A stretch of DNA of 64,000 bases from an uncultured delta proteobacterium (GTDB taxonomy: Bacteria; Myxococcota_A; UBA9160; UBA4427): the NCBI GenBank assembly GCA_963822965.1, contig CAWGJT010000005.1:288001-352000 (forward strand). The letters are read 5' to 3'. Below are positions 9,557 to 19,191 of this stretch, piece after piece (positions within the stretch are counted from its first letter, which is position 1; every line of letters begins with the position of its first letter). Below the pieces are notes generated by a model. The model was given only the letters and a program-made list of their open reading frames with translations, was not told where the DNA came from and did no database searches. Position numbers and translations under genes: made by a program.

Positions 9557-10705
9557 CGGAGCGAGAGACGCGAGTCCCCTCGACCCGGGCACGCTCGCGG
9601 CCGTCCTGGCGGAAGCGGCGTTGCTGGAGGCAAAGGATCCCGCGGAGCGTCCCGCCCTGGGTCGCGATCCCTTCGAGCCCGACCGTCGACTTCGATCCGT
9701 TCGAGCACGGGCTGGCCGTGCTCGGCTTCGAGGGCCTGTCGCCCGGCGACGGCGCGCAGCGAAGACGAGCCCGCTCCCCGGGAGCGGTGACGCGGAGCCT
9801 CCCACGGCCCCCGAGCGCGCGCGGGCCTGGACGACCCTGCCGCGTCTGTCCGAGATCGAGCCCGTCGACCCGTCGAGCCTCGTCGAGCGCTGGCTCGGGC
9901 CCGGACGAGCGGCGCCGGCTCGCCGCGCTCGCACCACCTGGTGGAGAGCGAGCTCGCCTACGACCGCTTCGGCCTCTCGCCCGAGCGTGCTGCGACGCGC
10001 CTTTCCGTTCTTCTACGCCCTCTACCGCCTGTACTTCCGCGTCCAGAGCCGCGGGCACGAGAACCTGCCCGAGCAGGGGCCGGCCATCCTGGCGAGCAAC
10101 CACGGCGGCCTGCTGCCGTTCGACGGCGCCATGCTGATCGTCGACTTGCTCCTCCACACCGACCCGCCGCGGCTGGCTCGCTCGGTGGTGGACCGCTGGG
10201 CCGGAAACCTGCCGTGGGTGAGCATCTTCTATGCGCGCGTCGGCCAGGTGATCGGAACGCGGGAGAACGTCGCGGACCTGCTGGCGGACGGGCAGCTGGT
10301 GCTGGTGTTTCCGGAGGGCGTGGCGGGCATCCGCAAGAACGTCACCCAGCGCTACCGGCTCCAGCCGCTTCCACGTGGGCTTCGTCGAGGAGGCCCTGCG
10401 CTCGGGCGCGCCGATCGTTCCGACGGCGGTGGTCGGAAGCGACGACCAGGCGCCGATCCTGCACGACTTCCAGGGGCTGGCCCGCAGGCTCGGGCTGCCC
10501 GCGTTGCCGATCACCCCGACGTTTCCCTGGCTCGGGCCCCTGGGCCTGCTGCCCTACCCGGTCGCGCTATCGAATCGTCTACGGCGAGCCGCTGGACTTC
10601 TCGCAGCGCTTCGGGCCCGAGAGCGCGGAAGATCCGCGGCTCGTGCGCTACCTCGCCGGACAGGTCCGGCACCGCTGCCAGCAGCTTCTGGATCGGGAAG
10701 CGTGA
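9553..10705 (+). CDS. Lysophospholipid acyltransferase (PlsC-like) with long N-terminal extension, frameshifted
   Basis: NHGGLLPFD, DPPRLAR, FPEG, PIVP, LPITPTFPWLGPLGLLP; paralog of 1175-2296; ATGA overlap with parA. Confidence 0.85.
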
Positions 10706-11794
10706 GCGACGATTCGGGCTCCACACGCGCAGTGCGCGGGCCGCGCGGGCCGGTCCTCGAGCCGCGGCGGGTGATCGTCACCCACGCGGACCAGCCCATC
10801 GGCCGGCGCATCGTCAAGCTCCTGTTCCACGACGACGGGGTGGAGTCGATCCTCGCCCTGGGCGACGGCCCGCCGCCGCGATCCTTCGACCGCTTCCTCG
10901 CCTCGCCCGGCGGTCGCCTCCGCTATGCGCGCGTCGACCTGGGCCACCACCGTCCGGTGGCGGATCTGTTCCGATCGCCCATCGTGCGCGCCGCCGCCAT
11001 CGACGCGGTGATCCACGTGCCCCGTCACGGACCGTCCGAATCGCCCGGCCGGCCCGTGCTGGCGGGGGTCGCCACGCGGACCGCCGAGGCGCGGCTCGTG
11101 CTGCAGCAGTGCCTGCAGACCCGCTCGATCCGCGACCTGGTGGCGCTGGGCAGCGCCTTCGTCTACCGGCTGGCGCCGGGGAACGCGAACCGGGTGACCG
11201 AGGACAGCGAGCTCCAGCTCGATCCCGAGACCCCGGCCGAGGTCCGCTCCTGGGTCGACTGCGACATGATCTTCCACGGCGAGCTGCACAACGAGAACCT
11301 GCGCGTGGTGCTGCTGCGGCTGCCGACGGTGGTGGCGACGGGAGGAGCCGTCTTCTTCAACCCGATGCTGTCCGGGTCGGAGGGTCGCGGCGTCTGGCCC
11401 ACGCCGGATCTGCGGCCCCTGGGCTACGACCCGCTGTGCGCGCTGATCTCCGACAAGGACGTCGCCCGGGCCTCGCGCCAGGCCCTGCACGCGCACCCGC
11501 GCCGGCGTGTACAACGTCTCGGGCCCCGAAGCCGTGCCGCTCTCGGTGCTGAGCCGCTGGACGGGCCATTGGAACGTGGGGGTCCCGGGACCCCTGCTGC
11601 GGACGGCCGCCCGGGTGGCCACCCTGGCGGGCGCGGGCTGGCTGCGACTGGCGGCGGACGGCCCTCAGCTGCGTCACGGCTTCACCCTGGACACGACTCG
11701 GGCCGAACGCGAGCTGGGCTTCCGACCGGGCTATCGCATCGGGCTCGCCCGCGCCGGAGACGGCCGCGTGCGCCTCGAGACCGCCCCGATCTAG
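10702..11794 (+). CDS. Degenerate NAD-dependent epimerase/SDR-like protein, one frameshift
   Basis: VIVTHADQPIG in the Rossmann position, IDAVIH, LRLPTVV, LGYDPL, VYNVSG, LDTTRAERELGFRP; GTGA overlap with the upstream gene. Confidence 0.7.
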
Positions 11795-11820
11795 CCCTGA
11801 TCCGTCAACCGGATCAGGGC
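11794..11820. terminator. Perfect 11-bp inverted repeat (gccctgatccg-tcaac-cggatcagggc)
   Basis: Read directly, at the stop of the SDR-like gene. Confidence 0.6.
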
Positions 11821-11825
11821 GCAAC

Positions 11826-12002
11826 TCCCAATGCTGTTCGGATTCACGCGGCTGCTCGGTCCGTGCCGCGATCCGAGTCCGGCACCAGGATCTCACGACG
11901 ATGAGGTCGTCACGCTCAGGCTGATTCGAGCGATCTCGCGGGATCCGCAAGGGCTGGCGGGCCCTGCGGCACGCGAGAAGCTCGAGGAACGCCGCATTGG
12001 GG
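11826..12002. ncRNA. Structured ncRNA candidate, ~180-nt rod, 6S-like size and architecture; strand uncertain
   Basis: Nested pairings cccaatgc/gcattggg, gttc/gaac, gctgctcg/cgagaagc, cgtgccgc/gcggcacg, ggatctcacga/tcgcgggatcc; no credible ORF. Confidence 0.4.
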
Positions 12003-12419
12003 CTAGCTGCTAGCGGAGCCTGGGGATCGATCCGGGCGGGGGTTCAGTCCCGCCGGGAGAGCTTCTGGGTCCTGGCGACGTCGCGCTCGAGCTGGGCGCG
12101 CAGCTCGTCCACTCCAGGGCGAGGACCGCGACCAGGACCCCGACGGTGCGCCGCGGCGTCCGGCGCGTCCGATGTGGCTTCGGCTTCGGGCATGGGCAAC
12201 CTATCGGCGGCAGAGGCGGACGACACGAGGCGCGCGCCCACCCCTCGGAGCCCGCTCTCGATCGCCGGCCGCGAAGAGCCGATGTCCGGGGCCCCTCGGG
12301 GAGGCGGCGGGACGACGGCGCGGGGGCTCCCAGGGCAGAGGCCCTCCGCTATTCTCCCGGCCCCGATCCGGCCCCGCGGCCGTCGGATCTCCCCGAAGCT
12401 CTCGAAAGAGAAAGAGAAA

Positions 12420-12986
12420 ATGGCAGTCGACACGTCCCAGTTCCGCAACGGGCTCAAGATCGAGCTCGACGGCAATCCCTTCGTCATCACGTACTTCCAG
12501 CACGTGAAGCCGGGCAAGGGCGGCGCGTTCGTGCGCACGAAGGTGAAGAACCTGCTCAACGGCAAGGTCATGGAGCGGACCTTCCGCTCGGGCGAGAAGT
12601 GCGAGCAGCCGGACATCCGGGAGAGCCGCATGCAGTACCTCTACGCGGACGGCTCGAGCCTCGTCTTCATGGACACGACCACCTACGACCAGACGCCCAT
12701 CCCGGCCGAGGTCGTCGGCGACGCCGTCAACTTCCTGCAGGAGAATGCGGAGGTCGAGGTGCTCTTCTGGAAGGGCGCTCCCGTGAACATCGAGCTGCCC
12801 TCGTTCATCGAGGCCGAGGTGACGAAGTCCGACCCGGGCCTGAAGGGAGACACCAGCTCCGGCGCCTCCAAGCCGGCGACCATCTCCACCGGTGCCACCG
12901 TGCAGGTGCCCCTGTTCATCAAGGAAGGCGACGTGATCCGCGTGGACACGCGAACCCGGGAGTACGTCGAGCGGGTCAACCGCTAG
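12420..12986 (+). CDS. efp: Elongation factor P
   Basis: FQHVKPGKGGAFVRTK, TFRSGEK, MQYLY, PGLKGDT, VPLFIKEGD, DTRTREYVER. Confidence 0.97.
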   Translation: MAVDTSQFRNGLKIELDGNPFVITYFQHVKPGKGGAFVRTKVKNLLNGKVMERTFRSGEKCEQPDIRESRMQYLYADGSSLVFMDTTTYDQTPIPAEVVGDAVNFLQENAEVEVLFWKGAPVNIELPSFIEAEVTKSDPGLKGDTSSGASKPATISTGATVQVPLFIKEGDVIRVDTRTREYVERVNR

Positions 12987-12991
12987 CCTCC

Positions 12992-14308
12992 GTGGCCTTC
13001 GACCGGTCGCTCAAGCGGGGGGGGCGCGATGCCGCGAGCTCGCGCGCGGCGAGCGCCGGCTCCGAGTCGCACGCCAAGCCGCGCCGGGCGGTAGTGCTCT
13101 CGGGCGGCGGCGCCCGCGGCGCCTACGAGGCAGGCGTGCTCCGCTTCCTGCTCGACGAGTTTCCCCAACGCACCGGGCTCGAGCCGCGCTTCGACATCGT
13201 CTGCGGCACCTCGGTGGGCGCCATCCACGCCTGCTACCTGGCCGCCACCGCGGAGGGCGGCGCCGGTCGCGGCCAGCGACTCGTCGACATCTGGCGCGAC
13301 CTGAAGGTGGAGGAGGTCTTCCACTTCACCCCCAGCAGTCTGATGAGCCTGCCGCGCCGGCTCCTCAGCGTGCGGCGTCTGGCCGACCAGCTGCGCGCCG
13401 GCCAGCGCCCCGATCGCCTGTTCGGCCTGCTCGACACCGAGCCCCTCGAGCGCCTGGTGCTCGACGCCATTCCCTGGCAGAACATCCGCCGCAACCTGCG
13501 CGAGGGCCACATCGAATCGGTCTGCATCGCGGCCACCCAGATCGCCACGGGCCTCGCGGTGGTCTTCGTCGAGCAGCTCGCGGAGGACATCCCGAGCTGG
13601 ACCTCGGAGACCAACATCCGCATGCAGCCGATCCGGCTGATGCCCGTACACGCCCTGGCGTCGGCGGCCATCCCCATGCTCTTCCCGGCCGTGCGGGTGG
13701 GGTCGCGCTACTACGCGGACGGCGGGCTGCGCCTCAACACGCCCCTGGCGCCCGCCGTGCGCATGGGCGCGAACCGGGTGCTGGTGATCGGCCTCTCCCA
13801 CGGCGTGCGGCCCACCGTCAACGAAGCCCTGGCCCAGCAGCGCACGGCGGGCTTCGGCAACCCCATGTACCTGTTCGGCAAGGTGCTGAACGCGTTGATG
13901 CTGAGCCCCCTGGACGCCGACCTGGCCCGCCTGCACTTCATCAACGAGATCATCGACAACGGCGAGGAGGCCTTCGGGCCGGACTTCCTCGCAAAGCTGA
14001 ACACGGCGGCCTCGCGCCGGGAGACCCGCGGCATCCAGCGCATCGTCGACCTGACCATCCGCCCGTCGACCGATCTCGGGCTGCTCGCGGGCGATCTGGT
14101 GAGCGGCGCCCGGGGTGAGTTCGAGCTGTCCACCTTCCATCGCCTCTTCATGAAGGCCTTCAGCGCGGACCCCAGCGCGCAGGAAGCGGACCTCCTCTCG
14201 TACCTGCTCTTCGACCACAACTTCACGGAGCCCCTCGCCGAGCTGGGACACGCCGACGCCCTGGCCCGGGAAGAGGAGCTGATCGCGTTCTTCTCGGACG
14301 ACGAGTAG
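12992..14308 (+). CDS. Patatin-like phospholipase
   Basis: LSGGGARGAY, GTSVGA, ASAAIP, DGG. Confidence 0.9.
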   Translation: MAFDRSLKRGGRDAASSRAASAGSESHAKPRRAVVLSGGGARGAYEAGVLRFLLDEFPQRTGLEPRFDIVCGTSVGAIHACYLAATAEGGAGRGQRLVDIWRDLKVEEVFHFTPSSLMSLPRRLLSVRRLADQLRAGQRPDRLFGLLDTEPLERLVLDAIPWQNIRRNLREGHIESVCIAATQIATGLAVVFVEQLAEDIPSWTSETNIRMQPIRLMPVHALASAAIPMLFPAVRVGSRYYADGGLRLNTPLAPAVRMGANRVLVIGLSHGVRPTVNEALAQQRTAGFGNPMYLFGKVLNALMLSPLDADLARLHFINEIIDNGEEAFGPDFLAKLNTAASRRETRGIQRIVDLTIRPSTDLGLLAGDLVSGARGEFELSTFHRLFMKAFSADPSAQEADLLSYLLFDHNFTEPLAELGHADALAREEELIAFFSDDE

Positions 14309-14347
14309 GCTGCGGGAGCCCATTGGGCTCTCGGCTAGTCTCCGGGC

Positions 14348-15326
14348 GTGCGCGGAGACCAGCTCGCAAGGCAGTGGCAGCTCGTCCAGCACCTGGCCCG
14401 AAGCCGGAGCGGGCTCGGCCTCGACCAGCTGGCCGAAGAGCTCGACTGCGTGCGCCGCACGGTCTACCGCGACCTCGACGCGCTCATGTACGCGGGCTTC
14501 CCGGTCGTCTCCGAGAAGCGCGACGGGCACGTCTTCTACCGCTTCCTCGACACCTTCCAGCTCGGCGACGTCCCGTTCACCGCCGACGAGATCCTGGCCC
14601 TGGCCTTCGGCGCCGACCTGCTGCGCAGCCTCGAGGGCACCGTCTTCCACGACTCGATCCGCTCGGCGCTCGCGAAGATCCGCGCCGGGCTCGGCCCCGA
14701 GCTCGCGGGATACCTCGAGCGCCTGGGCGAATCGTTCCGGGTGCTGCCGGGACCGCACAAGCGCTACGTCGAGGCGCGCGAGACGATCCAGACGCCTGAA
14801 CGACGCGGTGCTCGGCCGCCGCACGGTGCGCATGCGCTATCGCACGGGCAGCACCGGCGCCGAGAGCGAGCGCGAGCTCGAGCCCTACCGGGTGTGGTAC
14901 CGGGGCGGCGGGCTGTACGTGATCGGCCACGACCGCAAGAGCGGCGAGATCCGCACCTTCGCGGTCGATCGCATCCGGCACATCGAGCCCACCGACTCGC
15001 GCTTCGCCGTCCGGGACGACTTCGACTTCGACGCCTACACGGCCTCGTCGTTCGGCGTCATCGCCGAGCCCGCGACGCGGGTGCGCATCGTCTTCGAGCC
15101 GCGCTGGGCCACCTACGTGGAGGAGCACACCTGGCACCCGAGCCAGCAGCTCGTGACGCCTGCCCGACGGGGGGCTCGAGCTGTGATGGAGGTGGGGGGC
15201 ACCGCCGAGCTGCGGAGCTGGGTGCTGTCGTTCGGAGCCGGGGCCCGGGTGCTCGAGCCGGAGGGGCTGCGCGAGGAGGTGCAGACCGAGCTGGCCGCCG
15301 CCCTGGCGCGCTATCGCGATTCCTGA
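14348..15326 (+). CDS. wHTH-WYL-WCX transcriptional regulator (PafB/YafY type), frameshifted
   Basis: LAEELDCVRRTVYRDLDAL (HTH); RELEPYRV ... LYVIGHD ... IRTFAVDRI (WYL); ELRSWVLSFG ... VLEPEGLR (WCX). Shift near 14795. Confidence 0.9.
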
Positions 15327-15399
15327 CGCGGGGGCGACTCCCCCCGCCGGAGTTTGACGCTTTCGTGGAACGTGCCAGTCTGGCTTCGAGGAGGCTCGA

Positions 15400-16443
15400 C
15401 TGACCGCGAACCCCGCCACGCCCGAAGCCACGCCCGCCGCCGGCGGGCTCTCGCGCGCCGAGAGCGGCCTGCGCGCGCTGCCGAGACGGATCCTCACCAT
15501 CGGGCTGGTGGTCGGCCTCCTCGCCTTCTCACTCGCGACCCTGCCGCTCTGGGGGCTGGCCGCCGGCGCGGTCGACCTGGGCGCGCGAGGCCGGCGCTCG
15601 GCCCTGCGCTGCGCGGGCTTCCTCCTCTGGTACCTGGCCTGCGAGGGGGTCGGTCTCCTGGCGATCGCCGCCGTGAACGTCGCGCGCCTGGGGGGCCGGG
15701 ACGCGTTCCTCGACGCCAACCGACGCCTGCAGGACCGCTTTGCCCAGGCGCTCTTCGCCGGGGCGCGCTGGATCTTCGGGGTGCACCTGGTGGTCGAGGG
15801 CGGCGAGGCCTTCGGCGGCGGGCCGGTGCTGGTCCTCATCCGACACGCCAGCGTCGTCGACACGCTGATCCCCACCCTGGCCGCCTCGATCCCGTACGGG
15901 CTGCGCCTGCGCTACGTGCTCAAGAGCGAGCTGCTCTGGGACCCCTGCCTCGACATCGTCGGCAACCGCATGGGCCACTACTTCGTGCGCCGGGGCTCCG
16001 GGGATCCGGACCGCGAGGTGGCGGGCGTGGTGGCCCTCGCCCAGGGCCTCGGGCCCCACGACGGGGTCCTGATCTATCCCGAGGGCACGCGCTTCTCCCC
16101 CGCCAAGCGGGAACGGGTGCTGGCGAAGCTCGAGCAGGAGGGAGACCGCGATGGGCTCGCCCGGGCCCTGGCGCTCCGCCACGTGCTGCCGCCCCGGACC
16201 CAGGGCACCCTCGGCCTGCTCGACGCAGCGCCCGAGGCGGACGTGGTCGTCTGCGCCCATACGGGGCTCGAGTCCACGACGAGCTTCTGGGACCTGTGGA
16301 CCGGAGCGACGGTGGGGCGCACGCTCCGGGCACGCTGCTGGCGCATCCCGCGCGCGGAGATCCCGCGCCGGCGAGAAGAACGCGTGACCTGGCTGTACGA
16401 TCAGTGGCAGCGGGTCGACGACTGGATCGAGGCGTCCTCATGA
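15400..16443 (+). CDS. Membrane acyltransferase (PlsC-like); start uncertain (CTG 15400 or GTG 15508)
   Basis: RHASVVD (HX4D), YVLKSEL, IYPEGTRF, VLPPRTQG, WLYDQW. Confidence 0.85.
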   Translation: MTANPATPEATPAAGGLSRAESGLRALPRRILTIGLVVGLLAFSLATLPLWGLAAGAVDLGARGRRSALRCAGFLLWYLACEGVGLLAIAAVNVARLGGRDAFLDANRRLQDRFAQALFAGARWIFGVHLVVEGGEAFGGGPVLVLIRHASVVDTLIPTLAASIPYGLRLRYVLKSELLWDPCLDIVGNRMGHYFVRRGSGDPDREVAGVVALAQGLGPHDGVLIYPEGTRFSPAKRERVLAKLEQEGDRDGLARALALRHVLPPRTQGTLGLLDAAPEADVVVCAHTGLESTTSFWDLWTGATVGRTLRARCWRIPRAEIPRRREERVTWLYDQWQRVDDWIEASS

Positions 16444-17249
16444 CCGGATTCTGGATCGCGTCCCTGTCCGAGCTGGCACTCGTGCTGGCGGCCCTGTCGG
16501 CGGTGTGGCTGCTGAGCCTGGCGCTGCGCGACGCGAGCATCGTCGACATCGCCTGGGGCGCGGGCTTCACGTTCGTGGCATGGACCTCGGCCCTGCAGGC
16601 GCCCGCGCTCGGTCCGCGCGCGCTGCTCTGTGTCGGGCTGGTGACCTTGTGGGGGCTGCGACTCGCCGGCTACCTGCTCTGGCGCAACTGGGGAGCCGGG
16701 GAGGACCCGCGCTACGTGCGCATGCGCCGGCACTGGGGCGCCCGCTTCCCGCTGGTGAGCCTGGCCACCGTCTTCTGGCTGCAGGGCGCCCTGATGTGGG
16801 TGGTGTCGCTGCCGGTGCAGCTCGTGGTGCTGCGCGCGGGGGATGCCCCGCTCGGAATCTTCGACGTCCTGGCCGTGGGGGTCTTCGCATGCGGGCTCGG
16901 CTTCGAGGCCGTGGGCGACTGGCAGCTCGCCCGCTTCAAGGCGGATCCCGCCAACGCGGGACGCGTCATGGACCGCGGCCTGTGGGCCTGGACGCGGCAC
17001 CCCAACTACTTCGGCGACAGCGTCGTGTGGTGGTCGCTGTGGATCCTGGCGCTGCCGCTCTCGTGGGGCTTCGCGACGGCGATCGGGCCCGCCGTCATGA
17101 ACTGGTTCCTGGTGCGCGTCTCGGGCAAGGCCCTGCTCGAACGCGGGCTCTCCCGCACGAAGCCCGGCTGGGCCGACTACGTGGCGCGGACGAGCGGCTT
17201 CCTGCCTCGGCCGCCCCGGGCGTCGCGATCGCCGGAGCCGACGAGCTGA
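16440..17249 (+). CDS. DUF1295 / steroid 5-alpha-reductase-like membrane protein
   Basis: ASIVDIAWG, WGLRL, EDPRY, GDWQLARFK, GLWAWTRHPNYFGD. Confidence 0.9.
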   Translation: MTGFWIASLSELALVLAALSAVWLLSLALRDASIVDIAWGAGFTFVAWTSALQAPALGPRALLCVGLVTLWGLRLAGYLLWRNWGAGEDPRYVRMRRHWGARFPLVSLATVFWLQGALMWVVSLPVQLVVLRAGDAPLGIFDVLAVGVFACGLGFEAVGDWQLARFKADPANAGRVMDRGLWAWTRHPNYFGDSVVWWSLWILALPLSWGFATAIGPAVMNWFLVRVSGKALLERGLSRTKPGWADYVARTSGFLPRPPRASRSPEPTS

Positions 17250-17257
17250 GACGAAGA

Positions 17258-17289
17258 GGAGGCGGGACGCGCACGCGCGCCCCGCCTCC
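17258..17289. terminator. Hairpin between convergent genes
   Basis: ggaggcggg ... cccgcctcc. Confidence 0.5.
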
Positions 17290-17301
17290 GTCCGGGAAGT
17301 C

Positions 17302-18378
17302 CTACTGGGCCGTCGCCGCGAGATCGAGCTTGAACTCGCTCGCGCTGCGGTCGGCGATCATGCCCTTCTCGCGCCAGCGGCTCTCGGTGCGCTCGGTGAG
17401 GAGGCCCAGGTTGCGCAGGTTCGGCACCACCGTGTGGGTGTAGATCATGCTGTTCAGCTCGGCGAAGTTCGGCAGCGCGGTGACCATGTGCGTGGTCATC
17501 TCGGGATCGATGCCGTACTTGGGGCCGAAGATCTTGAGCATGTCGAGCTGCTGGTTCGCGTTGAGGGCCTCGAGGATGTTGTACGACCAGTCCTCCATCT
17601 CGGCCATCTGATCGCCAGAGGCCTCGCGCACCACCCGGCGCATGGTCAGCACGCCGAAGGCCGCGTGGCGCGCCTCGTCGCCCTGCACCCGGGCCAGGAT
17701 GTCGCTGAAGAGCGGGTTGCGGCACTCCTGCCGCATCAGGTCCATGATGCCCACGGCCATTCCCTCGAAGAGGGTCTGCATGCCGAGGGTCTTCTTCTGG
17801 GGCCCTTCGGCCTGGAGCAGCATCTCGAGCAGAATCTTGAGCGTGCCGCCGATGGGGTAGATCGTTCCCATCTTCTCCGAGAGGAAGCGGGCGAAGACCT
17901 CCACGTGGCGGGCCTCGTCGGCCACCTGGCTCGCCGCGTAGAACTTCTCGTCGAGCTTCTCGCACACGTTGGTGAGCTGACCGCAGAGCTGCAGGGCCGC
18001 CTGCTCGCCGTGCAGAAGCTGGGAGACCGTGAAGGCCAGCTCGTCGAAGGCGGCGGCCTTCTGGGTGGCCTCGTCCTTGCCCATCATCTTGGTGAGGTTG
18101 GCGAGCATCGAGGCTTCGGGGTTGAGCACCCAGTCGTCCTTGGAGACGGGCGCGCTCCAGTCCACGTCCTGGGCGGCGTTCCACTGGCCCTGCTTGCCCT
18201 TCTCGTACAGGTTCCGCAGCTCCGTGACCTCGCTGCCGTACTCCCAGGTCCAGTGCAGCTCGACGGGGGCCTGCACGTCGAGCTGGTCGCGCAAGCGCGT
18301 GAGCTCGCTCTCGTCCACCCAGTCGATGATCTCGAAGTTGCCCAGCTGCTTGCGGTGATCGGCGAGAATCTTGTCCAC
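17302..18378 (-). CDS. Ferritin-like diiron protein (AurF/desaturase-like fold)
   Basis: HGEQAA ... DEARH ... FEGMA ... DEARH: two ExxH diiron motifs. Confidence 0.85.
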   Translation of the reverse strand: MDKILADHRKQLGNFEIIDWVDESELTRLRDQLDVQAPVELHWTWEYGSEVTELRNLYEKGKQGQWNAAQDVDWSAPVSKDDWVLNPEASMLANLTKMMGKDEATQKAAAFDELAFTVSQLLHGEQAALQLCGQLTNVCEKLDEKFYAASQVADEARHVEVFARFLSEKMGTIYPIGGTLKILLEMLLQAEGPQKKTLGMQTLFEGMAVGIMDLMRQECRNPLFSDILARVQGDEARHAAFGVLTMRRVVREASGDQMAEMEDWSYNILEALNANQQLDMLKIFGPKYGIDPEMTTHMVTALPNFAELNSMIYTHTVVPNLRNLGLLTERTESRWREKGMIADRSASEFKLDLAATAQ

Positions 18379-18481
18379 GTGTTGCTCCTGTCTGCACCCG
18401 GCGACGTCCGGGGGGCGCGTTGTTGTCGGTGCTTCCGGCCCTGCGGCCGTCAGTCGTTTCGGCCTTGCGGCCGCAGATCGT

Positions 18482-19183
18482 TCAATCCATGGAATCGGAA
18501 CCGCCGCGCGAGATCCCGTTCCGGACGAGCGCCTTCAGCTGACGCTTGCGCTCGCCGACCTGATCGGCGGAGAAGATCGGGGCCCCGAGGATTTCCTCGC
18601 CCAGCTCTGCCGAGGCAAAGTGGTAGACGGTGGCGCCGATGAGGGTCTGGGTGAGGTGCCCGGGTGACACGTCCCGAAACGCGCCGCTGGCCACGCCCTC
18701 GGCGACCAGGCGCTGGAAGCCCACGATGAGCCGGGCGAGGGTGGCCTCGTAGGGCGGCGGGTCGGCGGGGTCGTACACGCCGGCATCGTCGTCCTCGAAC
18801 AGGCTCCGCAGGGCGAGCCGCGCGGTCGTGGGATGCTCGGCGAGGGCGTCCACCATGGCATCGATCAGCAGGTCGAGGCGCTCGGCCGGACCGACGCTCG
18901 CTCGCAGCGCGGGCCCGAGCCGCACCTCGAGCCGATCGAGGACGCGTGCCAGCACCTCGTGATAGAGGTCGAGCTTGGTCGGGAAGTGGTGGAACAGGGA
19001 GGACTTGCCGAGCCCCACGCCCTGAGCGACCTCGCGCAGGCCGATGCCCGCGTAGCCCCGCCTGGCGAACAGCGCCTCGGCGACATCGAGGATCTTGGCG
19101 CGGGAGTCGCCCGACTCGGCTCCGCGCGGACGGACCGGAACCGAACGCGGCGCGGACGAACTCTGGCTGGGGAGGGCCGGCAT
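18482..19183 (-). CDS. TetR/AcrR family regulator
   Basis: ILDVAEALFARRGY ... LREVAQGVGLGKSSLFHHFPTKLDLY. Confidence 0.95.
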   Translation of the reverse strand: MPALPSQSSSAPRSVPVRPRGAESGDSRAKILDVAEALFARRGYAGIGLREVAQGVGLGKSSLFHHFPTKLDLYHEVLARVLDRLEVRLGPALRASVGPAERLDLLIDAMVDALAEHPTTARLALRSLFEDDDAGVYDPADPPPYEATLARLIVGFQRLVAEGVASGAFRDVSPGHLTQTLIGATVYHFASAELGEEILGAPIFSADQVGERKRQLKALVRNGISRGGSDSMD

Positions 19184-19191
19184 TCCGGGCG

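Noticed and set aside
7512..11552. 1346-aa ORF suggesting an EtfA-ParA-acyltransferase fusion
   Set aside because: A stop-poor GC-rich frame that picks up fragments of separate frameshifted genes; each gene has its own start and stop.
11826..12002. Retron msr-msd, suggested by terminal inverted repeats
   Set aside because: No reverse transcriptase in the window and no long perfect msd hairpin.
12044..12193. 49-aa minus-strand ORF (MPEAEATSD ...)
   Set aside because: No RBS or recognisable motif; cannot be supported.
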